DNA of 64,000 nt from Dehalococcoidales bacterium. Its GTDB lineage: Bacteria; Chloroflexota; Dehalococcoidia; Dehalococcoidales; RBG-16-60-22. The notes under the pieces were generated by a model. It ran no database searches. It was given only the letters and a program-made list of their open reading frames with translations, and was not told where the DNA came from. The DNA is taken from contig DAOUDZ010000015.1 in the NCBI GenBank assembly GCA_034430575.1, forward strand, positions 1,639 through 65,638. The letters run 5' to 3'. Made by a program: the position numbers and the translations under genes. How positions within the stretch are numbered: position 1 is the stretch's first letter; every line of letters starts with the position of its first letter. This document shows positions 1 to 8,836 of the stretch, one piece after another.

Positions 1-88
1 AATAACACCATGTTTAACCATGTTAACATTATGGTCAAAAAAATTTGAATCTAAAAAAGGAGGGAATGCCCTCCGCCACCGATTTTAA

Positions 89-163
89 GCGGGAGTAACT
101 CAGTGGTAGAGTCCCTGCCTTCCAAGCAGGTTGTCGCGGGTTCGAGTCCCGTCTCCCGCTCCA
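89..163 (+). tRNA. tRNA-Gly (anticodon TCC), CCA encoded
   Basis: Acceptor stem GCGGGAG/CTCCCGC. Anticodon loop cTTCCAa. T-arm GGTTCGAGTCC. 3' CCA present. Confidence 0.9.
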
Positions 164-174
164 CCTGTTAAACA

Positions 175-225
175 GGCTGATATGACAGGCTGAGAAACTG
201 AAAAATCCGGATATCAGCCCTTTTT
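175..225 (+). terminator. Possible terminator hairpin after tRNA-Gly
   Basis: 9-bp arms GGCTGATAT (175-183) and ATATCAGCC (211-219), followed by TTTTT (221-225). The loop is large, so the structure is uncertain. Confidence 0.3.
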
Positions 226-849
226 CTAAGTTGCCTTAACAATCAGGCCTTTCGGAACAACATATCCCTTAAAGGGGACCCGGAAACCCTGGTAATAAGA
301 AACAACTATATCGCTAAATCCGGACTCTTTAAGCATTCCGGTCATTTCATCAGCGCTGTATAAGTTTAAATTCATTTTATTGATGTGCCCGGTGTGGTCC
401 AGTCCGTCATCTTTATTATATCCCATTTCAATTACCAGCCTGCCGCCCGGAGCTAATACTCTATATATTTCCTTAAGCGCTGCAACCGGTTCGGGCCAGA
501 AGTAAAATGTCTCAACTACAACAACTACAGAAAATTCATCATCTTTCCAGGGAATAGATGATACATTCCCTTGCTTAAATTCAGCTTTGCCCGCTTTGAT
601 AAGATTTTTATTGATACCGCCGGCTAATTTTACCATGTCTTCAGAATAATCTAATCCGGCTATTCTGGCGACATGCGAAGCATACTTTTTAATAAATAAT
701 CCGGAACCAAACCCTATTTCAAGATATTTATCATCATGCTTGAGATCAAGCACCTTTGCAGTATTTTTATAAAAATCTCTGTGCCCCCATGCCATGCCTC
801 TCGCCAATATCCTCCCAAGAAATCCAGAAGGGTTTCCAAATTCCGGCAT
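226..849 (-). CDS. Class I SAM-dependent methyltransferase
   Basis: Motif I LEIGFGSGLF, and LAPGGRLVI in the post-I region. 207 aa. Confidence 0.75.
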   Translation of the reverse strand: MPEFGNPSGFLGRILARGMAWGHRDFYKNTAKVLDLKHDDKYLEIGFGSGLFIKKYASHVARIAGLDYSEDMVKLAGGINKNLIKAGKAEFKQGNVSSIPWKDDEFSVVVVVETFYFWPEPVAALKEIYRVLAPGGRLVIEMGYNKDDGLDHTGHINKMNLNLYSADEMTGMLKESGFSDIVVSYYQGFRVPFKGYVVPKGLIVKAT

Positions 850-904
850 TTTATATTTCTCCCTTCTATAACGTGTTATTAACTAAAAATATATTTATTA
901 AAGA

Positions 905-2356
905 TTACCCCGGCGCCTCCACGGTGACGGTCGTTCCCTTGCCCGGCCCGGATTCCGCCGTCAGCGTCCCCCCGACGAATTGAGCGCGTTCCCGCATGCC
1001 CGCCAGGCCCAGCTTGCCGTGCTTGGCAAGGTCGCCCATATTATCGGGCATTTCAAAGCCCTTGCCGTCATCCTTAACGGTCACCCGCGCCTTCTTATCC
1101 TCGAACTCCACTATAATCTCCGCCCGGGTAGCGCCGGAGTGCCGCCACACGTTCCTCAACGCCTCCTGGGTAACGCGGAACAGGGCGATGGCCACCTCCT
1201 CCGGCAGGCGGTGTTCCTTACCCACGAAAGTGACGCTGGTATCTATCCCGGAATACTCCTTGACATTGGAGGCCAGCCATTCCACCGCCGGCAGCAGCCC
1301 CAGGCGGTCCAGGGCCGCCGGACGCAGGTCCTGGCTCAAGCGGCGCACGCCCTGCAGAATATTATCCGTCTGCTGCCACAGCTCCTCAAGTCGCTGCCGG
1401 GCTTCATCGGATAGTCCTTTGCCTCCGGTAGCCAGCGCGTCCAGCTGGCGGGAAAGCACCACCAGGGACTGGACGGTATCGTCATGAAGCTCATGGGAAA
1501 TACGCTTCCGCTCCTCCTCCTGCGCCCGGTTAGCCTGCTGTAAATAAAAATGCAGGTTCTCGTCCATGCGCTTCTGCTCGGTAATATCCCGCGCGATGTG
1601 CTGAAACGCCACGGCCTCGCCTTTATCAAGGACGAGACTTGTCGCCAGCTGAAGAAATGCCTCGCTACCGTCCCGCCGGCGAATACGCTGTTCGTAAGGC
1701 TGCTCGACCACCTCATCGTTAAGCAGCTTGCTCCTAGTGCGGTGAGCCAGTTCCAGGCTTTCTTCAGATAGAAAGCTTTTAACGTTCATTTTAAGCAGTT
1801 CTTCCGCACTGTACCCCGTCATCTTTTCAGCCGCCCGGTTAACCGTAACGAAATTACCATCCAGGTCGTGAATCCAGATAGCATCGTGAGCGTTCTCGAA
1901 CAGCTGCCGGTATCTCTCCTCGGATGTGCGGAGTTCCTGCTGCGCCGCTTCAAGTCGAGTACGGTACTCCCGCTCCCCCCGCAGCGACGCAAAACTGATA
2001 GCCAGGACATTGCCGACGATGAAAATGGCCCCGGTCTCGAAGAAAGCGTCTACCCGGTAGTCGGAAATTAAGATAGCCCTCGGCAACATGCAGCCGAGAG
2101 CCGCCAGTGAAGTAACGAAAGCCCCCCTCCAGCCGAAAATAAAACCGGCCCAGACGATGGGCGCCAGATAAAGGACTCTCTCAAAAGCGTGGCGTGACAG
2201 GCCGAGAGTGGCCGAAAACTGGCTGACAAACGCCGGCACAACCAAGGTTTCCTCGTAGTGGAGCAGGGTGATAAGCGCCAGCACAACCAGAATAAGCCAG
2301 AAACCTGGTTTACGAAGCGTCTTTACTATCCAGCCAGTATCCAAACACCGTACCAA
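905..2356 (-). CDS. Sensor histidine kinase (membrane domain + PAS + HisKA_3 + HATPase), NarL-type partner
   Basis: N-terminal hydrophobic helices. PAS (ERYRQLFENAHDAIWIHDLDGN). H-box ISHELHDDTVQSL. Complete ATPase boxes (EALRNVWRHS, DDGKGF, GLAGMRERA). Confidence 0.85.
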   Translation of the reverse strand: MVRCLDTGWIVKTLRKPGFWLILVVLALITLLHYEETLVVPAFVSQFSATLGLSRHAFERVLYLAPIVWAGFIFGWRGAFVTSLAALGCMLPRAILISDYRVDAFFETGAIFIVGNVLAISFASLRGEREYRTRLEAAQQELRTSEERYRQLFENAHDAIWIHDLDGNFVTVNRAAEKMTGYSAEELLKMNVKSFLSEESLELAHRTRSKLLNDEVVEQPYEQRIRRRDGSEAFLQLATSLVLDKGEAVAFQHIARDITEQKRMDENLHFYLQQANRAQEEERKRISHELHDDTVQSLVVLSRQLDALATGGKGLSDEARQRLEELWQQTDNILQGVRRLSQDLRPAALDRLGLLPAVEWLASNVKEYSGIDTSVTFVGKEHRLPEEVAIALFRVTQEALRNVWRHSGATRAEIIVEFEDKKARVTVKDDGKGFEMPDNMGDLAKHGKLGLAGMRERAQFVGGTLTAESGPGKGTTVTVEAPG

Positions 2357-2391
2357 AGCTATACCTCGAACATCCTATTAACCAAGTTTTA

Positions 2392-3057
2392 TCAGGGTAT
2401 ATCCTCTAAAGTAACCCAGCCCTCTTTCAGGGCGCGCACAACGGCTTCGGTCCGCGAACTCACCTGAAGCTTGTTGAAGATATGCCCCAGGTGTGCCTGA
2501 ACGGTACGTAGACTTAGACAAAGCTCGTCGGCGATATCCTGGTTGCTCAATCCACGCGTCGCCGATTTAAGCACTTCCAATTCCCGTTCGCTTAAAACTT
2601 CAGAAGGTTTCTGACCTGCCGTCTTGCCGGGAGCTGGCACGAAACGATTAAGGACTTTACGGGCAATGGTCGGGTGCAGCACAGATTCGCCCCCGTAAAC
2701 CTGGCGTACGGCATCGACTAATTCGCGACCCCGCACGCTTTTCAGTAAATAACCGGCCGCTCCCGCTTCCAGAAGGCTGAAAACGAACTGGTCATCGTCA
2801 TAAGCGGAGAGTATCAACACAGCGATAGAGGGATACAGCGACTTAATTTGCCGGGTAGCCTCAATGCCATCGACTCCAGGCATGGCAATATCGACGATGG
2901 CGACATCCGGCCGGGCGCTTCCGGCCAGTTTCACCGCCTCGGCGCCATCTGCGGCCTCCGCGACTACGTCCATATCCACTTCTGCCTCCAGAATCTGGCG
3001 GGTGCCATCCCGCACCACGGCATGGTCGTCAGCAATTAATATCTTGATTTTTTCCAT
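2392..3057 (-). CDS. LuxR/NarL-family response regulator
   Basis: REC domain (ILIADDH..., DVAIVDIAMPGVDG). C-terminal HTH (LSERELEVLKSATRGLSNQDIADELCLSLRTVQAH). Confidence 0.9.
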   Translation of the reverse strand: MEKIKILIADDHAVVRDGTRQILEAEVDMDVVAEAADGAEAVKLAGSARPDVAIVDIAMPGVDGIEATRQIKSLYPSIAVLILSAYDDDQFVFSLLEAGAAGYLLKSVRGRELVDAVRQVYGGESVLHPTIARKVLNRFVPAPGKTAGQKPSEVLSERELEVLKSATRGLSNQDIADELCLSLRTVQAHLGHIFNKLQVSSRTEAVVRALKEGWVTLEDIP

Positions 3058-3276
3058 ATGACACGCCCCGTCATTCTATTATTTATACCATAATCATACA
3101 CCCTAATAAAAAAGTCCTCAAACCCCGCTATTACTTAATGTCTCTGGTGATTTATAAGTATAAATACCTAAAATGCGCAGGCTGAAAATAGGTAGCAAGA
3201 CAGAAGTATATTTCTACATCCTAGTGATAGAATTATATTGAGAACCAGAAGATGGTCTTGAAAGGAGATTACCACG

Positions 3277-3450
3277 ATGCAATGGGAATTAGTAATAGCA
3301 CTGGTAATAGCGATACCGATTATTCTCTTCCCGGCAGCCTATGTCTGGTATTTGAATATCGGCGGTATTTATACCGCTATTAAGGAAGCCAGAGCCAGAC
3401 GTGTTGCCCGGCAAAAGAAGGTCAGGACAACGGTAGACATAAAGTCATAA
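3277..3450 (+). CDS. Small single-pass membrane protein (57 aa), copy 1 of a tandem pair; absent from the ORF track (<60 aa)
   Basis: ATG is 8 nt after AAGGAG. Translation: MQWELVIALVIAIPIILFPAAYVWYLNIGGIYTAIKEARARRVARQKKVRTTVDIKS. A paralogue lies 39 nt downstream, and the differences between them are mostly synonymous or conservative. Confidence 0.7.
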   Translation: MQWELVIALVIAIPIILFPAAYVWYLNIGGIYTAIKEARARRVARQKKVRTTVDIKS

Positions 3451-3488
3451 AAAACCCGCTACAATATCAAGAGAGGACGTTAAATAAA

Positions 3489-3659
3489 ATGGAATGGCAA
3501 ATTATAGTAGCTCTAGTGGTAGCAATCCCCATCATATTGCTCCCGGTAGCGTTTATATGGTACCTGAACCTGGGCGGCATCTACACCGCCATCAGGGAAG
3601 CCAGAGCCAGACGGGCTGCACGCGTCAAGGAAAAGAAGGTGGCTGTAGAAGTCAAGTAG
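3489..3659 (+). CDS. Small single-pass membrane protein (56 aa), copy 2 of the tandem pair
   Basis: Translation: MEWQIIVALVVAIPIILLPVAFIWYLNLGGIYTAIREARARRAARVKEKKVAVEVK. About 35 of 56 residues are identical to copy 1 in my hand alignment. The track ORF 3494..3685 is in a different frame. Confidence 0.7.
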   Translation: MEWQIIVALVVAIPIILLPVAFIWYLNLGGIYTAIREARARRAARVKEKKVAVEVK

Positions 3660-3790
3660 ACGGTTGCTGTAATAAACGCATATAGAATGCAATCGGGAAA
3701 AGGGGCAACGATAGGGGATTTACTCCTTGCGAAAAGCCCTTTTTTTGATGAAATAACACTCCTTAAGCGGATGAGGGAGGTAAAGAAATA

Positions 3791-4513
3791 ATGCGTAAAG
3801 TCACTTTCAAATCGTTCATACTGCCGCTGCTTCTGGTAGTATGCACGCTTTTTTATTACTTCGGAGAGCTGGTGGACTGGACTACCTGGGAAGTTTTGCG
3901 TAAGAACTTTTTCTACGGCGTCCACGATGTACACCGCCTGCTTTTCCTGGCCCCGATAGTCTACGCCGGCTATACCGCCAGGATAAAAGGGGCGATTATT
4001 ATTACCCTGATAAGCTTTATTATATTCCTGCCGCGCGCTTTCTTTATCTCCCCCTATCCCGACCCATTACTTAGAATGGTGATATTCACCTTCTTCGCTG
4101 GAGTCATCGGTTACCTTGTGGCCAGGCTGCGCAACGAGGAGGAAAATTGCCGGAAAATCGAAACGACCCACACCCGCCAGAAAGACAGGATGCTGAACGT
4201 AATAGAAAGTATGGCCGACGGCGTTGTCATTACCGACCCGGACTATCGAATACGGTTCATGAATACCGCTATGACGAAGAACTTCGGTGAGGGCACCGAA
4301 GTCACCTGCTATAAACACCTGCATAATATTGATACGCCGTGTCAGGACTGTAAAATCACCACCACCATTAAAGATAAGCGAATCTGTAACTGGCAATGCC
4401 GATGTCCTAACGGCAGAACTTATGAAGTGATGGCGGCGCCCTTCACCGATAATGACGGGACAGTCTGCCAGATTTCTATATTCCGGGATGTATCTCAACT
4501 CAAGACAGACTGA
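3791..4513 (+). CDS. Membrane protein with sensor-type N-terminal domain and Cys-rich PAS-like domain; no kinase domain
   Basis: RBS GGGAGG lies upstream. The N-terminal TM block (RLLFLAPIVYAGY...FLPRAFFISPY...RLRNEEE) is homologous to the N-terminus of the kinase at 905..2356. The PAS-like part carries a C-x11-C-x2-C...C-x3-C-x-C pattern. Confidence 0.65.
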   Translation: MRKVTFKSFILPLLLVVCTLFYYFGELVDWTTWEVLRKNFFYGVHDVHRLLFLAPIVYAGYTARIKGAIIITLISFIIFLPRAFFISPYPDPLLRMVIFTFFAGVIGYLVARLRNEEENCRKIETTHTRQKDRMLNVIESMADGVVITDPDYRIRFMNTAMTKNFGEGTEVTCYKHLHNIDTPCQDCKITTTIKDKRICNWQCRCPNGRTYEVMAAPFTDNDGTVCQISIFRDVSQLKTD

Positions 4514-4610
4514 ATTGAGAGACTGAATTAATCACGTTCACCTTACCAGACTTTTCCTGCGAACATATAGTATCATAGTATATTAGCTAATAAAGTATCG
4601 GAGTCTGGGC

Positions 4611-4841
4611 ATGGATCTCGATTGGATTATAAGGATTGTCCTCTTCAGTATCGTGCACTGGATACTGGCCGGGATCATGCTCAATGATTTATCATCAAGA
4701 GAGAAAGTATTCGGGCGGCGTAAGGCACCGTGGGCAATAACGATACTGGTAATTCCCTGCTTCGGTTCCCTGTCATATCTGGCATTTCATCCTCAAATAT
4801 TATCTCACGACCAGGACCGGGACCGGCACGACGGTGAATAA
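4611..4841 (+). CDS. Small membrane protein, PLD-nuclease-N-terminal-like (PLDc_N)
   Basis: Two TM helices with a W..ML.D...KAPWAI..LVIP.FGS..Y pattern, as I recall it for PLDc_N. Confidence 0.45.
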   Translation: MDLDWIIRIVLFSIVHWILAGIMLNDLSSREKVFGRRKAPWAITILVIPCFGSLSYLAFHPQILSHDQDRDRHDGE

Positions 4842-4891
4842 AGCGCAGGAACGGTTATCCGGGCATTATACCGCCACTTCCTATCCGGTTA

Positions 4892-5194
4892 TTACCAGGG
4901 TTGTTCTCTTTCTTTCAGGGTCGCAATGAGGTCTTCAATACTTATGGCGGCAAGAGTCAACGTTTGAGTGGTTCCCTTGGCGCTTAAACGTATGGCCAGT
5001 TTGGCTACGGCCTCGTTATTGGGAGCATCAACAATATTGACGAAATCATACTGGCCGAGAAGCGCGTACTGGGTCAGCATCTTTACTCCCATAAACTCGA
5101 CTTCTTTGTTTATTTCCTTGAGAATCTCCGGGTCATCCTGAAGGGCCTTTCGCCCCGAATCGGTAAGAGTCGTCAGCATAAGATAGGTGGACAT
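4892..5194 (-). CDS. GYD domain-containing protein
   Basis: 100 aa, with the LGQYDFVNIVDAP signature. Confidence 0.7.
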   Translation of the reverse strand: MSTYLMLTTLTDSGRKALQDDPEILKEINKEVEFMGVKMLTQYALLGQYDFVNIVDAPNNEAVAKLAIRLSAKGTTQTLTLAAISIEDLIATLKEREQPW

Positions 5195-5330
5195 CGCTAC
5201 CTCCTTTAAGCACAGTATCCGGCTTTATTATGAAGATATATACACCCCGTTTGTCAACATGCCGTAATTTTGCCTGACAACAAGTTATGCTATAATGTAA
5301 CGAAATTAACATCGGAAGGGAAGTGGCAGG

Positions 5331-5750
5331 ATGTTAGCAAGGGAAAACGAGCCGTCCGATAACGTGGCGGAGTTGAAAGAAAAAGAGGCCGGGGAACCCA
5401 TTGCTTCCTTTCTTAAAATTAAGCTGGTAGAACTATCCCCGGGGTACTCCAAAGTAACCATGAAACTAACGCCCGACTATATGAACTTTAACGGCATGGT
5501 CTTCGGGGGGATTGTAATGTCCATAGCCGACCAGGCCTTCGCCTACGCCACGAACTCACTGGTGAGCCCCAGTATCGCCACCCAGTTCAATATCCACCTG
5601 ATTTCCGCCGCCGCCGGCGGCGATGAATTGACCGCCGAATGCCGTGTAGTTAAGAGCGGGCGGCGTATCGGCGTGTCCGAGATGACGGTGACCAACCAGG
5701 ATGGAAAGCTCATCGCCAAGGCTACCGGCACTACCGTTACCACGGCGTGA
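5331..5750 (+). CDS. PaaI-family hotdog-fold thioesterase
   Basis: 139 aa. NGMVFGGIVMSIADQAF motif and a GRRIGV strand. Confidence 0.75.
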   Translation: MLARENEPSDNVAELKEKEAGEPIASFLKIKLVELSPGYSKVTMKLTPDYMNFNGMVFGGIVMSIADQAFAYATNSLVSPSIATQFNIHLISAAAGGDELTAECRVVKSGRRIGVSEMTVTNQDGKLIAKATGTTVTTA

Positions 5751-5939
5751 GCACAGAACGGGCTGTTTCAGCTTCAATTGAATTGACAGGACGACCTCCC
5801 GTATGGTAAGCTAGTCCGTCGTTTAGCCTGTATGAAAGTGTTACGGAAATGACCATTATCCGCGGTAAATTGGAGAAACCGAAATTCATCTTTACCAAGC
5901 GCACGGAGGTGCGCGGGGAGGTGATGATTTACTTTTAGA

Positions 5940-7931
5940 TTGGCAGACTATTACTGGCTACAATCGATGGGTTACAGATTACCTCCCGGTCGGGAGGTAA
6001 TTCAATTTATGGAGGTAAAAAACAGGCTTTCAAGCAACATGGAAAAAAGAGAGACCATTCCGCAGGTTATTAAGAGCAATCGCGACAGGTGGAGTTCACG
6101 GACAGCCATGTCCATGAAGATGTTCGGCGTCTGGCACAGGTACAGCTGGCAGGACTACTACGAGAACATCAAGCATTTCTCGCTGGGTATGATAAGCCTG
6201 GGGCTGGCACACGGTGACGTGGTCTGCATCATCGGGGACAACGAGCCGCAGTGGTTCTGGGGCGAGTTCGCGGCTCAGGCGGCCGGAGGCATCGCCACGG
6301 GCATCTTCGTCGACTCTATTCCGTCAGAAGTTAAATACGTTGCCGAGCACTCCGACGCCAAATTCGCCATCGTCAACGACCAGGAGCAGACGGACAAGTT
6401 CCTGGAAATCAAGGACGAGCTGCCCCTGCTGAAAAAGGTCATCTACTGGGACCCTAAGGGACTGCGCAACTACGAAGACCCGATACTCATCAGCTTCGAC
6501 GAGGTAATAGGACTGGGCAGGGAATACGAAAAATCGCACCCCGGGCTTTTCGAGCAGAATGTGGACGAAGGTAAAGGCGAGGATATCGCTTTCATCTACT
6601 ACACATCGGGGACTACCGGCCTGCCTAAAGGGGCCACGCTTAACCACCGCGCCCTGATAACCACAGCCCAGGGATTTGTCGACCGTTACCCGCTGGATGA
6701 GAACGACGACCTGATTTCCAATTTCCCGGCGGCCTGGGTCGGCGACAGTTTCTTCGCGACCATCCCGCATTTACTGACGGGGGCCAAGCTCAACTTCCCC
6801 GAGGAGCCGGAAACTATCGCCGAAGACACCCGGGAAATTGGCCCGAACTTCGTTATCTACGGCCCGCGGCAGTGGGAGGGGCTGGTCAGCGAAATCCAGG
6901 TAAAGATGATGGACGCCAATCCCCTGAAGCGTTTCATCTATAACCTCTTCCTGCCGGTAGGGCATAAAATCGCCGATATCAAGTTCGATGGTAAAACACC
7001 GAATTTGTTCTGGCGTATTCTCCACAGTATCGCCTATTTAGCTTTATTCCGGCCGCTAAAAGACCGTCTGGGACTTAGCAAGGTAAGGTTCGCCGTGACG
7101 GGAAGCTCGGTGCTAAGTCTGGATACCTTCCGACTCATCCACGCCATCGGCGTTGAGCTCAGGCAGTGCTACGCCAGCACTGAAGCCGGCTTAATTTCAT
7201 CTCATGGGAAAGGCGAAATAAAGTTCGAGAGCGTCGGCAGGCCGTCACTCGGCACTTCACTTCGGATAACCAGCGAGGGTGAACTCCTGGTTGCCAGCGA
7301 CTGCATGTTCAAGGGTTACCATAAAAACGAGGAGAAAACGGCGGAAACCCTCATAAATGGCTGGTGCCATACCGGGGACGCCGTCAATATCAACGAGCAG
7401 GGGCACCTGATATTCATGGACCGTCTGGAACATATGGGCCAGCTGAAGTCGGGCGCCAAGTACGCTCCCCAGTACATCGAGGGCAGGCTCAGGTTCAGTC
7501 CGTATATCAAGGATGCTATGGTCATAGGAGGCAAGGATAAAGACTATGTCTCGGCCATATTAAATATAGATTTCGCCATGGTGGGGAAATGGGCGGAGCG
7601 CCACCGTATTCCTTATACTACCTTTGTCGACCTTTCCCAGAAGAAAGAGGTGGCCGACCTCGTGCGGCAGGACCTGGAGCGGGTCAACGGTTATCTGCCG
7701 GAGCAATCCCGCGTACAGAAATTCGTCCTGTTGCACAAGGAGTTCGACCCTGATGAGGCAGAGCTCACGCGCACACGGAAGCTGCGAAGAGAGTTCGTGG
7801 AAGAACGTTATAAAGATTTAATTGACGCTTTATACGGCAACAAGGATAAGGTTGACGTACAGGCAGCGGTGACCTATAGAGACGGGCGGAAAGGCCAGGT
7901 AACCACGAGTATTCAGGTAAGGAGTATCTAG
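5940..7931 (+). CDS. AMP-dependent acyl-CoA synthetase (long-chain fatty-acid-CoA ligase-like)
   Basis: Canonical P-loop YTSGTTGLPKGA, YASTEAG, and TGDAV...GHLIFMDR. The track start is a TTG, so the true start may be an internal ATG (MEVKN or MEKRE). Confidence 0.8.
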   Translation: MADYYWLQSMGYRLPPGREVIQFMEVKNRLSSNMEKRETIPQVIKSNRDRWSSRTAMSMKMFGVWHRYSWQDYYENIKHFSLGMISLGLAHGDVVCIIGDNEPQWFWGEFAAQAAGGIATGIFVDSIPSEVKYVAEHSDAKFAIVNDQEQTDKFLEIKDELPLLKKVIYWDPKGLRNYEDPILISFDEVIGLGREYEKSHPGLFEQNVDEGKGEDIAFIYYTSGTTGLPKGATLNHRALITTAQGFVDRYPLDENDDLISNFPAAWVGDSFFATIPHLLTGAKLNFPEEPETIAEDTREIGPNFVIYGPRQWEGLVSEIQVKMMDANPLKRFIYNLFLPVGHKIADIKFDGKTPNLFWRILHSIAYLALFRPLKDRLGLSKVRFAVTGSSVLSLDTFRLIHAIGVELRQCYASTEAGLISSHGKGEIKFESVGRPSLGTSLRITSEGELLVASDCMFKGYHKNEEKTAETLINGWCHTGDAVNINEQGHLIFMDRLEHMGQLKSGAKYAPQYIEGRLRFSPYIKDAMVIGGKDKDYVSAILNIDFAMVGKWAERHRIPYTTFVDLSQKKEVADLVRQDLERVNGYLPEQSRVQKFVLLHKEFDPDEAELTRTRKLRREFVEERYKDLIDALYGNKDKVDVQAAVTYRDGRKGQVTTSIQVRSI

Positions 7932-7950
7932 GAAAGGGGCATACTGGTAA

Positions 7951-8835
7951 ATGGCTGAACTACTCCAGTTTGTTATCACCGGCATATCGGTGGGCATGGT
8001 CTATTCACTCATCGCCCTGGGATTCGTCCTGGTCTGGAAATCGAGCAGCGTGGCCAACCTCGCTCTGGGGCAGATAGTCTTGATTTCTTCATGGTTCACC
8101 TACTCAATGCTGGCACAGGCCGAGTTGCCCGTTTATATTGCGTTTCCGCTGGTGATTCTCTTCGCCCTGTTCTTAGGGTGGGTAATCGAAAGGTTTGCCC
8201 TGCGCCCGCTCATCGCCCAGCCTATTCTATCGCTTATCACCGTCACACTGGGGATAGGCTACTTTATCGAAGGAGTGATAACATTCATCTGGCCGTGGAG
8301 CGTCGACGCTCTGCCCCGCCTCTTCCCCAGGGACGTAATACACATCGGCCCGGCGGTTATCTCACAGGAGTACGTATGGGTAATCGTCATCTGCCTGGTG
8401 GTATTCATTTTACTGACCGCATTCTTCCGCTACCACAGGATGGGTATCGCCATGCGGGCCACCGCCGATGACCAGATGGCAGTGCAGGCCTGCGGTATCC
8501 CCGTGACGAGGGTCTTCTCCACATCGTGGATGTTCGCCTGCTGCGTGGCGGCTATCGGCGGCATCCTGATATCCAGTATCGGCGGCATTACCCACGGGCT
8601 GGTCGAGACCGGGCTGAAAGCCTTTTCCGTGGTGATACTCGGCGGGCTGGACTCCTTCGCCGGAGCTATCATCGCCGGCCCGATTATCGGTCTTTGTGAA
8701 AGCCTCGGCGGCGGCTACCTGACGCCGTATATCTGGGCCGGGGTCAAAGATATTATACCCTTCGTTATCATTATAATCGTCATGGTTATCAAGCCCTACG
8801 GGCTGTTCGGAGAGGAGCGCATAGAGAGGATATAA
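7951..8835 (+). CDS. livH: Branched-chain amino acid-type ABC transporter permease (LivH family)
   Basis: Multi-TM protein of 294 aa, typical LivH length and position. Followed 2 nt later by the LivM-like gene. Confidence 0.8.
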   Translation: MAELLQFVITGISVGMVYSLIALGFVLVWKSSSVANLALGQIVLISSWFTYSMLAQAELPVYIAFPLVILFALFLGWVIERFALRPLIAQPILSLITVTLGIGYFIEGVITFIWPWSVDALPRLFPRDVIHIGPAVISQEYVWVIVICLVVFILLTAFFRYHRMGIAMRATADDQMAVQACGIPVTRVFSTSWMFACCVAAIGGILISSIGGITHGLVETGLKAFSVVILGGLDSFAGAIIAGPIIGLCESLGGGYLTPYIWAGVKDIIPFVIIIIVMVIKPYGLFGEERIERI

Positions 8836-8836
8836 G

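Noticed and set aside
3494-3685. The 63-aa ORF from the track (MANYSSSSGSNPHH...).
   Set aside because: It overlaps the 56-aa ORF at 3489..3659 in another frame. The latter has a paralogue 200 nt upstream with codon-position-specific divergence and a clear TM helix, so it is the real frame.
5940-6040. The N-terminal ~30 aa of the acyl-CoA ligase ORF (TTG start, MADYYWLQSMGYRLPPGREV...).
   Set aside because: This is probably an artefactual extension, because conserved ligase sequence begins later and two in-frame ATGs follow. I kept the track coordinates but flagged the start as uncertain.
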